DNA of 64,000 nucleotides, from the NCBI GenBank assembly GCA_036012755.1, contig DASCPX010000037.1:1-64000 (forward strand), written 5' to 3'. This document shows positions 27,001-37,968 of this stretch, one piece after another. Made by a program: the position numbers and the translations under genes. Every line of letters begins with the position of its first letter. The first letter of the stretch is position 1. The notes under the pieces were generated by a model. That model did no database searches and had not been told where the DNA came from. It saw only the letters and a list, made by a program, of their open reading frames with translations. Source of the stretch: Myxococcota bacterium. Its GTDB lineage: Bacteria > Myxococcota_A > UBA796 > CAJQPC01.

Positions 27001-27299
27001 TCATGGGAAACCCCGGCGAGCTCGTCGAGCCCGACCACACCTACAGGGCACCGGTCGTCGACCTCTCGGGGCTGCCCGGGAGCGCAGGCGAGGAGCGCAG
27101 CCTGCTCGTCTACGGGAGCGACGGGCCACAGCGGCGCTTCGCCCCCTTCGCAGAGCGGGCCGAGACCGTCGATGCAGAGGAGGAGGCCCCACCGGTGGAC
27201 CTCGACATGCCGGATCCCTCCCGAAACGAAGACCCCTGGGATACGGGTAGTGCTGAAGTCCCCAGGTCGATCTGGGACCGGATCGAGCAGGAGGAGTGA
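24024..27299 (+). CDS. Class A penicillin-binding protein (transglycosylase/transpeptidase)
   Basis: TM anchor; EDQRYWTHPGVD and GGSTLTMQ; STWK, SEN and KTGT motifs. Confidence 0.9.
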   Translation: MRRILSRVLAAGVVLALLSSVAAVFGYDRYVVEDPGEHLEEAYIRALITQESPVYYRDGRTRLGVFFAEEHRHYVEYEDIPKDWTNAIVSAEDQRYWTHPGVDSVGLARAMIQNVKAGRVVSGGSTLTMQTSENLFHPGTYDLNGKLFEVLDTLRLEAHYSKEDILEFYANQFHVYGNGRGLGIAARYFFDKDVSELSLHECAFLAGLVKIPGRYNPFIGKTDEDRQTARDRAQERTNYVLGRMVIDGHVDAKVAEELYDEPLPFKRGTFRYDSSILMDEVERQLEQEPFPSLLASAGIDNPATSGIQVVTTLDVAAQRGATYGLWHHLSEAGPAMEDLEPTAFIHGAEHAPKPDPNDVPGAREFRYAVVGAHGDEGYELDLGGHPGRLDDVGFERAVKLLAVAQQSNRYPIVNDVTRAKVSDVLTQGAVVWVSVREAKDGVWLCDLEVRPELQGAVVVLEDGRIRAMVGGNDNRNFNRASTARRQLGSTWKILIYDAAFQLGWAPTDALDNRRAVFPFTSTWYYPRPDHKSEDFVSIGWAGVRSENLATIWLLYHLTDRLNPEQVRRLAELTGLSQAEGESRTQYIERIRDDNGVIATRDRIDDALFGAVKEEVIADLAFTGHPEDAVELRSLHYGRGFVAERAKQAEAVRLRALDHNFLRLEAMAEVCREQHEILRSAKGPIDPSLVPDLTVRPTARGFRVNCFTSPEGWAPAGEDLVHRLGAPGLPPVMADPLIDGLLHASTLEATRDAMARKGEQLEIYEPYDPELLYLHPDFRLILGLRYVAGLAREMGVQEEIPPVLSMPLGAIDVSLVEAAGVYQGFLAGEAWRFPGKGFEPGTVPGTRSTFKVPEQEVPALLIAEIRDREGNVIYRADPKAERVADDMAGVLTVDILRNVVQYGTGRRALSVASGFPLGGKTGTTNDYKNAAFVGHAPKANRDDEIHHDRAYTVAAYVGYDDNRKMVRGNIKLQGASGALPAWMGTVQALYDAGLMGNPGELVEPDHTYRAPVVDLSGLPGSAGEERSLLVYGSDGPQRRFAPFAERAETVDAEEEAPPVDLDMPDPSRNEDPWDTGSAEVPRSIWDRIEQEE

Positions 27300-27988
27300 T
27301 GTTCCTGGTCGCGCTCGCCATCGGCTGCGTCGAGGTCAAGCCCTACGGCCCGGGCCCAGAGCCCATGGGCAAGCCCCCTGTCGCCGACAGCGGCGACACT
27401 GGAGACACCGGACCGGAGGTCGACTGGGCCGAGCTCGAGGAGCAGCTCGCCGAGCTGATGGAGGCCGAGACCGAGGCCGACACCTTGGAGAGGCTCAGCG
27501 CAGCCCACTCCCTCGCGGGTGACATGAAGCGGGGTGGCCCCCACCCGGCCACAGCCGTCGAGAGCTACCTCACGAGGCTGATAGAGGTCGAGTCCCGCGC
27601 CACCACGACGGAGCTCCCGGAGGGCATCGGCTTCACCATCGGCGAGGGCATCGTGGTCGAGGAGATCGTCGAGCCCCTGGACATCGAGAGCGCCCGCGCT
27701 TCCCTCGCCGCCGGGGACTACGCCGACGCCGTCGCCTCTCTGCGCTCCCACCGCGGCGAGGCCGAGGTGGACAGGCTCTGGCAGGAGGCCGTCGACGGCT
27801 TCGTCCACGTGGAGCGCGAGCGCGCCGGTGCGCTCTTCGTCAGCGCTCGCGACATGCCCGAAGGCGAGATCCGCGACTCGGCGGTGGAAGAGGTCGTGAG
27901 CATCCTCGAGGGACTGCTCAGGGACTACCCGGAGTCCTCTTACGTCGACGCGATCGAGCGCAACCTGGAGATGGCTCGCTCCGAGTGA
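27299..27988 (+). CDS. Hypothetical lipoprotein with helical/TPR-like C-terminus
   Basis: MFLVALAIGC lipobox; start overlaps the PBP stop; ends ...YPESSY... Confidence 0.7.
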   Translation: MFLVALAIGCVEVKPYGPGPEPMGKPPVADSGDTGDTGPEVDWAELEEQLAELMEAETEADTLERLSAAHSLAGDMKRGGPHPATAVESYLTRLIEVESRATTTELPEGIGFTIGEGIVVEEIVEPLDIESARASLAAGDYADAVASLRSHRGEAEVDRLWQEAVDGFVHVERERAGALFVSARDMPEGEIRDSAVEEVVSILEGLLRDYPESSYVDAIERNLEMARSE

Positions 27989-29624
27989 GTCGACTGCGCA
28001 GGAGCAGCAAGCTCAACCAGAGCCCGCCGAGCGGTGCGGTCCCACAGCCTCCGGGTTCCTCTGGTGGCCTCTCCGGAGGCAGCGGCTTGGCCTGCACGAC
28101 GAAGCTGGCCTCCTCCGAGCTCGCTCCCGGGCCCCAGAGATCGACGGGCGTCACCGACCACGTGACGGTCTGCCCGAGTTCGACCATCCCGGTGAGATCG
28201 AGGCGGGTGCCGTCGACGACGGAGGTGGTGACGATGTCCTCGACGGACCAGGTCAGCTCGTACTCGAGCCAGTCACCGTCCGCGTCCAGGGCCGGCTCCC
28301 ACTCCAACAGCACCCGGTCGACCCATGGGTCCTCTGGACCGAGCAGGCTCGGGGCCAGGGGCGGGTCGTTGGCCACCGCGAAGACCGCCGCGCCTGCGTC
28401 CACCCGCCCGCAGCCGTAGTAGGGGCTCCAGCCGCTGGCGTCGTAGGCGCCGGAGTCGATGTCGATTCGTGTGGCGGTGTCGCAGATGACCTCGCGGGCA
28501 TCGGCGGCGCTCAGGCGCTCGTTGGCGTCGAACATCAAGGCGAAGACCCCGCTGACCACCGGCGCGGAGCCCGAGGTCCCGGAGAACCAGCCGTAGTAGT
28601 AGGAGTCGTCCTCCCAGGCGCCGTACCCGCCCTCGTCGAGGTCGGTCGTGAGCAGGGAGCCGCTGGGGCCGGTGATGTCGATCACGTCCCCGTAGTTGCT
28701 GTAGCCCTCGCGCTCGTCGTGGCCGTCGCTCGCTGCGACGCCGAAGGTCAGGCGCTGCTGCAGCCAGCCATCCCCCGAGGCGTCGCAGCCGTCGTTTCCG
28801 GCGCTGGCGACGACGACGGTACCGAGCCCGTCGCGGCCGTTTTCCTCTGCGTAGCGGTTCATCTGGCGGAAGGTCTCGTAGGTATCGAAGGAACCGCAGG
28901 TGTGGAAGCCCCAGCTGTTGTTGATGACGACCGCGCCCGCGTCCACCGCTTCTGTGAAGGCGTCGTAGACATCCTCCAGAGAGCTGCCACCACCGATGAG
29001 GCGGATCGCGTAGATCCTGGCGTCGTACGCGACCCCCGTGACCCCCTGGCCGTTGTCCCCTAGCGCCGCGCTGAGCCCCGCGACGTTCGTGCCGTGCGCC
29101 GGGCTGTCGGTGCTGGTGTCGGGGCTCGGGTCGCTGTCGTCTCCGATGTAGTCCCAGCCTGGGATCACATCGAGGTCCGGATGATCCGGCAGCACGCCGG
29201 AGTCCAACACCGCGATGAGCTGGCCCTCTCCGGTCGACAGATCCCAGGCCACGTCCGCGCGGATGTCGGCGCCCTCGGTCATTCCCCGCTGGCCCGTGTT
29301 CACGAGGTGCCACTGGTCCCCGAAGTAGGGATCGTTCGGCAGGGCGTGCGGCGCGATCGGGAGGACGAAGTCGGGATGTGCCCACTGCACGGCTTCCTCG
29401 GCCCATAGGGAGTTCGACAGGGCCACCGGGTCGTCCTCGGCGACCACCACCAACAGGCCGCCGGGCCTCTCGGAGACCGAGGCGACTCCTGGATGTTCGG
29501 CGATGACCGCGGCATCTCCAGCGGCGAGGACCAGCCCCGTGAGGGGGAACTGCACCGCGACGAACTCCGGGCCCGGTCCAGGGTGGAACTCGGCGGCCTG
29601 AGCCAGGGTTAGCAGGGCGAGCAC
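27918..29624 (-). CDS. S8 subtilisin/kexin-like serine protease with MYXO-CTERM-like tail
   Basis: Catalytic triad VLDSG / HGT / GTSGSAP, NNSWG, AGN; tail GGCG + hydrophobic stretch + Arg. Confidence 0.88.
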   Translation of the reverse strand: MLALLTLAQAAEFHPGPGPEFVAVQFPLTGLVLAAGDAAVIAEHPGVASVSERPGGLLVVVAEDDPVALSNSLWAEEAVQWAHPDFVLPIAPHALPNDPYFGDQWHLVNTGQRGMTEGADIRADVAWDLSTGEGQLIAVLDSGVLPDHPDLDVIPGWDYIGDDSDPSPDTSTDSPAHGTNVAGLSAALGDNGQGVTGVAYDARIYAIRLIGGGSSLEDVYDAFTEAVDAGAVVINNSWGFHTCGSFDTYETFRQMNRYAEENGRDGLGTVVVASAGNDGCDASGDGWLQQRLTFGVAASDGHDEREGYSNYGDVIDITGPSGSLLTTDLDEGGYGAWEDDSYYYGWFSGTSGSAPVVSGVFALMFDANERLSAADAREVICDTATRIDIDSGAYDASGWSPYYGCGRVDAGAAVFAVANDPPLAPSLLGPEDPWVDRVLLEWEPALDADGDWLEYELTWSVEDIVTTSVVDGTRLDLTGMVELGQTVTWSVTPVDLWGPGASSEEASFVVQAKPLPPERPPEEPGGCGTAPLGGLWLSLLLLRSRLTRSEPSPGCARSRRRKRTPGSP

Positions 29625-29645
29625 CGGGGCAGTATGGTCGAGCCG

Positions 29646-31004
29646 ATGTGGCTTGTGTGGATGGCATGTCAGGACCCTGCGCCGGTCCTCGAGGACACCT
29701 GGTTCGAGCCGGGCTGCGGCAACGGGATCCTGGAAGACGGCGAGGCCTGCGACGACGGCGAGGACAACTCGGACACCGAGCCCGATGCATGTCGGAGCAC
29801 CTGCGTGCTGCCGGAGTGCGGCGACGCGGTCGCTGACTCCGCTGAGGCTTGCGACGACGGGAACCCCATCGGCGGCGACGGGTGCACGCCCCTGTGCACT
29901 GCGGAGGGCTCGCTGGAGTCGGAGCCGAACGACTCCCTCGAGGAGGCCAATCCATGGTCCCAGACCATCTACGGCTCCCTCGGCGAGGACGACGTCGACT
30001 GCTTCTCCTTCCTCGTCCGTGACTGCCAGTCCATCTCGGCTCGGCTCCAGTCACCCTGTCCGGTGCCGGCGACCCTTGGCCTCTACGACCTCGACGGCAG
30101 CAACGTCGGGGTGGGCACTCCCGACGACGAGGGCTGTGCTGTCCTCGACCCTGCGGATGTGCTGGGGGCCCGCTTCGCCGACGAGGGTGACTGGGGGCTC
30201 TGCCTCGAGGGGCTGCAGGGCAGGGAGGTGCCCTTCTACGCCCTCGATGTCTCGTTCTCGGACCGCGAAGATGTGGACTACCCGATCTCCGAAGAGGACG
30301 ACCCCGACGGCGACGGGCTGCCCAGCCGCTGCGACGACGACAGGGACGGGGACGGCGTGCTCGATACGTCGGACAACTGCCCGGACACCCCCAACGGCCC
30401 GGACATGGGACCGCTCTCGCCGAGCGACGATGGCTTCCTGCGCACCTGGCTCGCTGCCGGACCCTTCACCGGCCACACCTCGCCCGATGAGTGCCTGCCC
30501 TCGGAGGAGGCCCTCGTGGGGGAGCCCGATGTCACCCCCGAGCTGGGCACCGCCGCCGGGGAGCTCGTCTGGACCGCGCTGTACTCCAGCGACGACCGCC
30601 TGGGCTTCCTCACCGACTACGGCTCGGTCAGCGCCCCGCGCGAGGTCTACATCGCGGTCTACCTCCGAGTCGAGACGGAGCGCACCCTGACCCTGGCACA
30701 CGGTCCGGACGATGGCGCCACGGTGTGGCTAGACGGAGAGGTGGTCCAGGAGATCACTGGCTGCCAGGGCACCACCGCCGATCAGTTCCGCGCCGAGCTC
30801 ACCCTCCCGGCCGGGTGGTCCCAGCTGTTGATCAAGGTCCACGACCAGGGCGGCGGCTGGGGCGACTACGTGCGCTTCCTCGGTGAAGGCGGCGAGCCGG
30901 TCACGGACCTGGAGCTCTCGCTGTCTCCATACGCGAGCTGGGACAACGACCAGGTGGACTCGGATGGAGATGGTCTCGGCGACGTCTGCGATCCGGAGCC
31001 CTGA
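29646..31004 (+). CDS. Lipoprotein with myxobacterial Cys-rich repeats, TSP3-like Ca-binding repeats and a PA14-like domain
   Basis: CGNGILEDGEACDDG twice; DxDGDG...DNCP; PDDGATVWLDG. Confidence 0.75.
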   Translation: MWLVWMACQDPAPVLEDTWFEPGCGNGILEDGEACDDGEDNSDTEPDACRSTCVLPECGDAVADSAEACDDGNPIGGDGCTPLCTAEGSLESEPNDSLEEANPWSQTIYGSLGEDDVDCFSFLVRDCQSISARLQSPCPVPATLGLYDLDGSNVGVGTPDDEGCAVLDPADVLGARFADEGDWGLCLEGLQGREVPFYALDVSFSDREDVDYPISEEDDPDGDGLPSRCDDDRDGDGVLDTSDNCPDTPNGPDMGPLSPSDDGFLRTWLAAGPFTGHTSPDECLPSEEALVGEPDVTPELGTAAGELVWTALYSSDDRLGFLTDYGSVSAPREVYIAVYLRVETERTLTLAHGPDDGATVWLDGEVVQEITGCQGTTADQFRAELTLPAGWSQLLIKVHDQGGGWGDYVRFLGEGGEPVTDLELSLSPYASWDNDQVDSDGDGLGDVCDPEP

Positions 31005-31031
31005 GATGCTTCGTTGCGATAGCGTGCGCCC

Positions 31032-32134
<1,103 letters not shown>

Positions 32135-32138
<4 letters not shown>

Positions 32139-33910
32139 TCTGGCTCGTCTGCACCGCCCTCGCCGACGAGGACGCCTTCCGCTTCGCCGTGGTCGGGGAC
32201 ACCCAGACCGATGGGTACGAGACGAGCATCAACTCGACGGTGTTCCCCGCCATCATCGAGGCCGCGAACCAGCAGAACGCCGAGTACCTGCTCGTCGCCG
32301 GGGACCTCGTCGGAGGCTCCGGGACGGTCGGGGGCACCGTCACCCAGTGGGAGGACTTCAGCGCCGCCACCGCTGACTTCGACGGCACGCTGCTGGTCAC
32401 GGTGGGCAACCACGATGTCTACGGGGCCGGCGGGACCTTCGCCGCCTTCCGGGACCACTTCGGCATGCCGACGGACTCCCCCGAGGGCGAGGAGGGCGTC
32501 AGCTACGTCTTCGACCACGGCGACACCAGGTTCGTGGCGGTCAGCAGCGACCAGGAAGACGGCGGCTACCGGATCTCCAGCGCGGCCCTGGCCTGGCTGG
32601 ACGAGGTGCTCGCCGACTCTGGGGACTTCGAGCACGTCTACGTCATGACCCACCACCCGGTGACCTTCTCCACCGACAACAGCCTGGGGGGCACCTACGG
32701 TGACTTCTGGCAGCTGCTCGTGGCCAACGGGGTCGAGGCGCTGTTCACCGGGCACTGGCACCGCATCCAGGCCAGCCAGCCCGGCAACGGCGGCCCGACC
32801 TGGGAGACCATCCTCGGCACCGGCGGCGGCTGGACGGGCTTCTCGCCGATCCGCGACTACCAGCAGCAGCATGGCTTCGTGCTGGTCGAGGTCGACGGCG
32901 CCTGGGCCCAGGCCACCTTCTACGGCGACGGTGACGGTGATGGTGAGTACGACGAGGCCCTCGACACCTGGCTGCTGGACCCTGGCGGCGAGGCCGAGCG
33001 GGGGCTCAGAGCGCGCTATCGCTTCGACGAGGGCGTCGTGGCCGACTCCGCTCCGAGGCCGCTGGGCAAGGGCATCGGCGGCGAGGTGCTCGGCGACGCC
33101 AGGATCAACGAGGGCGGCCCCTTCCACGGCTACCTGGCCCTCGACGGCGACGGCGACTCGGTCGAGGCGGGGGCCATCGGCGACTACGTGCTCGCCATCA
33201 AGGGTGAGCTCACCCTGTCGATGTGGGTCCGCATCGACTCGGCCCAGCCGGGGCGCTGGGGCAACGCGCTGTTGTGCTACGCCACCAACGACTACGCAGG
33301 CGAAGACGAGCAGTCCAACTACAGCTGGTGGTTGTCCGTCGCGGACGAGGACGGCTCCCTGCTCGCCTTCTGGGAGCACGGCGACGGAGAGAACGTCTAC
33401 GCGTCCTCCAGCGAGGGCAGCGATCTGATCGACGGGGACTGGCACCACGTGGCCTTTGTCCGCTCGGAGACAGATGCGCGCTTCTTCGTCGACGGCCGGG
33501 AGGTCGGCGAGACGCAGGCGGTCGAGACCCTCCCCACCGGCGGCGGACGCGGCATGCTCTACATGGGCTCCGACACCCGCGCCAACCTCGGAAACGAGAG
33601 CGATCTGCACGGCGCTCTCGATGAGATCTGTGTCTACGACCTCGCGCTGGCGGACTACCAGGTCGTCGCGCTGGCCGACCACACCGAGTGTGACGAGCTG
33701 CCAGAGGACCCGGGTCCCGTGGACACTGGCCCGCACGACTCCGATCCGACCGACACGGGCGAGACCGAGTCTCCAGAGGGACGCGACCCGGTCATCGAAG
33801 CCGAGCGGCGCTGTGGCTGCGCCGGCGGGCCGGTTGCTCCCCTCGGTCTGGGGCTGGTCCTGCTGCTGGCTAGTCGACGAACCAGGTCACGAGCTCCGGG
33901 AAGCAGATGA
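32135..33910 (+). CDS. Metallophosphoesterase plus LamG domain, MYXO-CTERM-like tail
   Basis: GDTQ, GDLV, GNHD, HHP, GHWH motifs; DGDWHHVAFV LamG; CGC + hydrophobic + RR tail. Confidence 0.85.
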
Positions 33911-35186
33911 CCAGGGCGAGCCCTACGAGCTGGATGACGATGAAGGGCACGACGCCCTTGTAGATGGCGGTCGTCGGCATCTCCGGGGGGGCTACCCCGC
34001 GCAGGTAGAACAGCGAGAAGCCGAAGGGCGGGGTGAGGAAGCTGGTCTGGAGGTTCATCGCGATGATGACCCCGAACCAGATCATGTCGATGCCGAGGAT
34101 GCGCGCTGCCGGGACCAACAGCGGCAGGATGATGAAGGCGATCTCGAAGAAGTCGATGAAGAAGCCGAGGATGAAGATCGAGATCATCGCCACGACCAGC
34201 AGGCCCCACTTGCCGCCGGGGAGGTTGGTCAGCAGGTCCTCGATCCAGACGTCGCCGTAGAGCCCGCGGAAGACAAGCGCGAAGGCGGTGGAGCCGATGA
34301 GCAGGAAGAGCACCATGGCCGTGAGCCGGGTCGTCTCCTGCATGGCGCCGGAGACTGCCTTCCAGCTCAGGCGCCGGTTCATCGCAGCCAGGCCCATGGC
34401 CCCGACGGCGCCCAGGGCGCCGGCCTCTGTTGGGGTCGCGACTCCGATGAAGATGCTGCCCAGGACCAGCAGGATGAGCACCAGCGGCGGGATCATGACG
34501 AGGAACACCCGACGGACCAGCCCCTCGGTGGGTCGAGCCTCGGGGGGCAGCGCCGGAGCCGCCTTTGGCCGGAAGACGGCAACGCCCACGATGTAGAGCG
34601 CGAAGAGGCCCGCGAGCATCACACCAGGAGCCGCCGCTCCGACGAACAGATCCCCCACCGAGACGCTGAGCTGGTCGGCGAGCACGATGAGCACGACGCT
34701 CGGAGGGATGATCTGCCCCAGGGTGCCGCTGGCTGTGATGACCCCCGCCGAGAGCTCCTGCGAGTAGCCGAAGCGCAGCATCACAGGCAGGGAGATGAGC
34801 CCCATCGCGACCACGCTGGCGCCGACCACGCCGGTGGCCGCCGCGAGCAGGGCGCCGACGAAGACGACCGCCAGCGCCAGCCCGCCCCGCAGGCTGCCGA
34901 AGAGCGCGCCGATGGTGGTGAGGAGGTCCTCGGCCAGCTTCGACTTCTCGAGCATCGTGCCCATGAAGATGAAGAAGGGCACCGCGAGCAGCACGTAGTT
35001 GCTCATGATGCCGAAGACCCGCTCCGGGAAGGCGTTCATGAGCGCCCAGTCGAAGAAGCCCGTGGCCACGCCGATGAAGGCGAAGATCAGGGCGGTGCCC
35101 CCCAGGGCGAAGGCCACCGGGTAGCCCGAGAAGATCAGACCGAAGGCGACCACGAACATCGCCGGCCCGAGCCAGTCGAGGCTCAC
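33870..35186 (-). CDS. dctM: TRAP transporter large permease
   Basis: Polytopic; GTLGQIIPPS, ATPTEAG, SFLTPPFG. Confidence 0.93.
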   Translation of the reverse strand: MSLDWLGPAMFVVAFGLIFSGYPVAFALGGTALIFAFIGVATGFFDWALMNAFPERVFGIMSNYVLLAVPFFIFMGTMLEKSKLAEDLLTTIGALFGSLRGGLALAVVFVGALLAAATGVVGASVVAMGLISLPVMLRFGYSQELSAGVITASGTLGQIIPPSVVLIVLADQLSVSVGDLFVGAAAPGVMLAGLFALYIVGVAVFRPKAAPALPPEARPTEGLVRRVFLVMIPPLVLILLVLGSIFIGVATPTEAGALGAVGAMGLAAMNRRLSWKAVSGAMQETTRLTAMVLFLLIGSTAFALVFRGLYGDVWIEDLLTNLPGGKWGLLVVAMISIFILGFFIDFFEIAFIILPLLVPAARILGIDMIWFGVIIAMNLQTSFLTPPFGFSLFYLRGVAPPEMPTTAIYKGVVPFIVIQLVGLALVICFPELVTWFVD

Positions 35187-35734
35187 GGGTCTTCCTTCTG
35201 CACGAGGTCCCCGGCGTCATCGCCACGGAGGACGCGGATGCGCTTGATGACCTCGCTGATCCCCTGGAAGAACAGCAGGACGAAGCTCACCAGGATCATC
35301 GACTTGATGGGCCAGCGCGGGAGCCCGCCCGGATCGGGAGACTGCTCCCAGACCGCCCAGGAGTTCGCGACCGAGGACCAGCTCACCAACAGCGCGAAGA
35401 CACAGAAGGGCAGGAGGAACAACAGGCCGCCCAGCAGATCGATGATCGCCTTGTTCTTCTTCGAGAGCCGCCCGTAGAAGACGTCCACCCGCACGTGCTC
35501 GTCGCGCCGCAAGGTGTAGCCGGCGCCGAGCAGGAACAGCAGCGAGAAGAGGTACCACTGGCCTTCGAGGAAGGCGTTCGAGGACAGCTGGGTCTCGGTG
35601 AAGCGCCCGAGGTAGCGGGCGACCGAGTTGAAGGCGCCGATAGCGACCATCGCGAGCACGAAGAAGCCGACCAGCTTGCCGATCTTCTCGTTCAGCGCGT
35701 CGATGCCGCGGGAGATGGCGGTGAGCGCCTTCAT
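35183..35734 (-). CDS. dctQ: TRAP transporter small permease
   Basis: 4 TM helices, HVRVD motif; overlaps the dctM start. Confidence 0.92.
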   Translation of the reverse strand: MKALTAISRGIDALNEKIGKLVGFFVLAMVAIGAFNSVARYLGRFTETQLSSNAFLEGQWYLFSLLFLLGAGYTLRRDEHVRVDVFYGRLSKKNKAIIDLLGGLLFLLPFCVFALLVSWSSVANSWAVWEQSPDPGGLPRWPIKSMILVSFVLLFFQGISEVIKRIRVLRGDDAGDLVQKEDP

Positions 35735-35780
35735 CAGGGGCCGCGAACCTAACAGGTGGGGAGGGGTCTACACTTTGGCG

Positions 35781-36038
35781 GTGTTGATCCTGCTGATCGT
35801 CAGCGACGTGGTCCTGGCCAGCCTCGTCTTCGTCAGCCTGGCCAAGCCGGACCTCGCGATCTCCTTCGCGATCCGCCGGATGGGCATGAACGACCCCTGG
35901 TTCCAGGAGCACGTCGGCGAACAGGAGCTCGACCGCCTGCGCAAGGTCGCGAGGCTCTTTGGGCTCGCGGGTCTGTTGGCCGTCTTCGGCTGGAGCTTCC
36001 TCGTCGGGGCGCTGATGGCGGTTGACGCCCTAGGCTGA
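35781..36038 (+). CDS. Small two-TM hypothetical membrane protein
   Basis: Two hydrophobic helices; GTG preceded by TACACT at 6 nt; fills the gap before the tRNA. Confidence 0.55.
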   Translation: MLILLIVSDVVLASLVFVSLAKPDLAISFAIRRMGMNDPWFQEHVGEQELDRLRKVARLFGLAGLLAVFGWSFLVGALMAVDALG

Positions 36039-36050
36039 TGCGAGTAGTAC
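36022..36050 (+). promoter_or_regulatory. sigma70-type promoter for tRNA-Met
   Basis: TTGACG-N17-TAGTAC, 11 nt upstream of the tRNA. Confidence 0.55.
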
Positions 36051-36061
36051 CCGCACGCTCT

Positions 36062-36135
36062 GGCTTTGTAGCTCAGTTGGTTAGAGCATACGGTTCATAC
36101 CCGTAGTGTCACTGGTTCGACTCCAGTCAAAGCCA
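36062..36135 (+). tRNA. tRNA with CAT anticodon, probably elongator tRNA-Met
   Basis: GGCTTTG/CAAAGCC acceptor (paired 1:72, so not initiator); TACGG-TTCATAC-CCGTA arm; CCA not encoded; Ile2 not fully excluded. Confidence 0.9.
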
Positions 36136-36142
36136 CCTCTCG

Positions 36143-36170
36143 GAAACCCCGGTTCGCCGGGGTTTCTCTC
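36143..36170 (+). terminator. Intrinsic terminator after tRNA-Met
   Basis: GAAACCCCGG-TTCG-CCGGGGTTTC followed by pyrimidines. Confidence 0.8.
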
Positions 36171-36215
36171 TGACTCCCCCTTGCCACGGGTGGACGGCTG
36201 ACGGTCATCCTCGAG

Positions 36216-37910
36216 ATGCTCGAGCGCTACGGCGAGCTGCTGGTCGACGCCGCGCCTCGGATCGCCGGGCTCTTCGTCGTGGGGGCCCTGCTGGCGGTCG
36301 TCGGACGGCGTCGTGTCATCGCTCCGCTGATGGTGCTCCTCGGGGTGGTGGCCGGGGTGGTCCTGGCCATCGAGCGAGCGTCGGTCTGCGACGACGCTTT
36401 CGTGTCCTTCCGCTATGCGCGCAACCTGCTGGAGGGCCACGGGCTGGTCTGGAACATCGGCGAGCGTGTGGAGGGCTACACGAACTTCCTCTGGGTGATG
36501 CTCACGGCGGCGGTCTCGGGTGTCATCGGCCTGGAGCTCCCGCTCGTGGCTGTCGCGCTCTGCCTGATCTCCTTCGTCGCCGTGATCCTGCTGGTCTGGC
36601 GGCATTCCCGCTCCGGCGTGGCTGCGCTGCTCTTCGCCCTGTCCGCCACGGCGCTGGACTACGCGACGACCGGCATGGAGACCATGTTCGGCGCGGCGCT
36701 CGTGCTCGGCGGAGCGCTCCTGCTCTGCGACAAGGAGCGCTCCGTGGCCTGGGGTGGGGCCCTGTTCGCCCTCGCCGTGCTGACCCGTCCCGACCATCTC
36801 CTGTTCTGGGGGGCCGGGGGCCTGGTCGTGCTGCTCGGTGGCCAGCGTCGACCCCGCGATCTCGCCGTCTACGCCGCGACCCTCGTCCCGGTCCTGGTCC
36901 ACGCCGCCTGGCGCTTTGGCTACTACGGCGAGCTGCTCCCGAACACCTTCCACGCCAAGTCGGCGAGCACCGCGTACTTCAGCCAGGGTGGCATCTACAC
37001 CCTCGCCTTCCTGCTCGGCGCGCACCTGTGGGTGATCATCCCGCTGGCGCTCTCCGGCCTGCGACGCAGCGCGCGGCCATTCGCCGTCTTCGCGGGCGCA
37101 TCTCTGCCCATCTGGCATGCCTACGTCGTGTGGGTCGGCGGCGACTTCATGTTCGGGCGCTTCTTGCTGGTCCTGTTGCCGATCTGGCTCGTGCTCGCGG
37201 CGAAGGGCGCGAAGGGGCCGCTCTCCAACGGGCTGCTGCTGGCGACCCTCGGGGGCGTCTCGATCATCGGACCGGAGGTCCACCGCTGGCACATCACGGA
37301 CGAGACTCGGGTCTACCCCGTGACCCAGTGGCACCCGCAGCTGGTGATCGACCACCACAACTGGCGCACGGGGGTCCGCCTCGGGGAGCTCTTCGACGAG
37401 GACTACCGCCCCGTGGTCGCCACCAGCGGCATCGGCATGGTGGGCTACTACTCCAGGCTGGAGGTCATCGATCTCCTCGGCCTCACCGACGCCCGCATCG
37501 CTCGAAGACCCGTGGAGGAGAGGGGCATGGTCGGCCACGAGAAGAGGCCCCGCGCCGGCTACGTGTTGCGCAAGCGCGGCGCTGTCATCGGTCGCTGGCA
37601 GGGGCTGTTTCCCCAGCCGAGGTGGAGGCCTGTCACTCGCCTGGACATGGGCCTGGAGCTGGATGAGCAGTGGCGGGCGTTCTGCTACGAGCCAGAGCTC
37701 GTCGCGTACGTGGAGGCCCACCCGGAGATGTCGCTGCGCGACTTCACCGAGATCATCGACCGCTGGCTGACCCGGGGCCCCTGGCGACCGGCGCCGATCA
37801 CCGCCTCCTCCGACGTCGCCTTCTTCGACGCCTACTACTTCGCCTGCAACGACGATCCAGAGCGAAAGGAGGCTGTCGAGCGTCGCCTGCGAGAGCGGAC
37901 CGGACAATGA
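36216..37910 (+). CDS. Polytopic membrane protein, GT-C-fold glycosyltransferase-like
   Basis: DDAFVSFRYARNL...GLVWN.GERVEGYTN, GMET, TRPD, LPNTFHAK, IDLLGLTD. Confidence 0.7.
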   Translation: MLERYGELLVDAAPRIAGLFVVGALLAVVGRRRVIAPLMVLLGVVAGVVLAIERASVCDDAFVSFRYARNLLEGHGLVWNIGERVEGYTNFLWVMLTAAVSGVIGLELPLVAVALCLISFVAVILLVWRHSRSGVAALLFALSATALDYATTGMETMFGAALVLGGALLLCDKERSVAWGGALFALAVLTRPDHLLFWGAGGLVVLLGGQRRPRDLAVYAATLVPVLVHAAWRFGYYGELLPNTFHAKSASTAYFSQGGIYTLAFLLGAHLWVIIPLALSGLRRSARPFAVFAGASLPIWHAYVVWVGGDFMFGRFLLVLLPIWLVLAAKGAKGPLSNGLLLATLGGVSIIGPEVHRWHITDETRVYPVTQWHPQLVIDHHNWRTGVRLGELFDEDYRPVVATSGIGMVGYYSRLEVIDLLGLTDARIARRPVEERGMVGHEKRPRAGYVLRKRGAVIGRWQGLFPQPRWRPVTRLDMGLELDEQWRAFCYEPELVAYVEAHPEMSLRDFTEIIDRWLTRGPWRPAPITASSDVAFFDAYYFACNDDPERKEAVERRLRERTGQ

Positions 37911-37968
37911 ACGAAAAGGCGTGACCCGCTGCAAGGAACGGACACATGGCTGCGTTGTCATATCGACC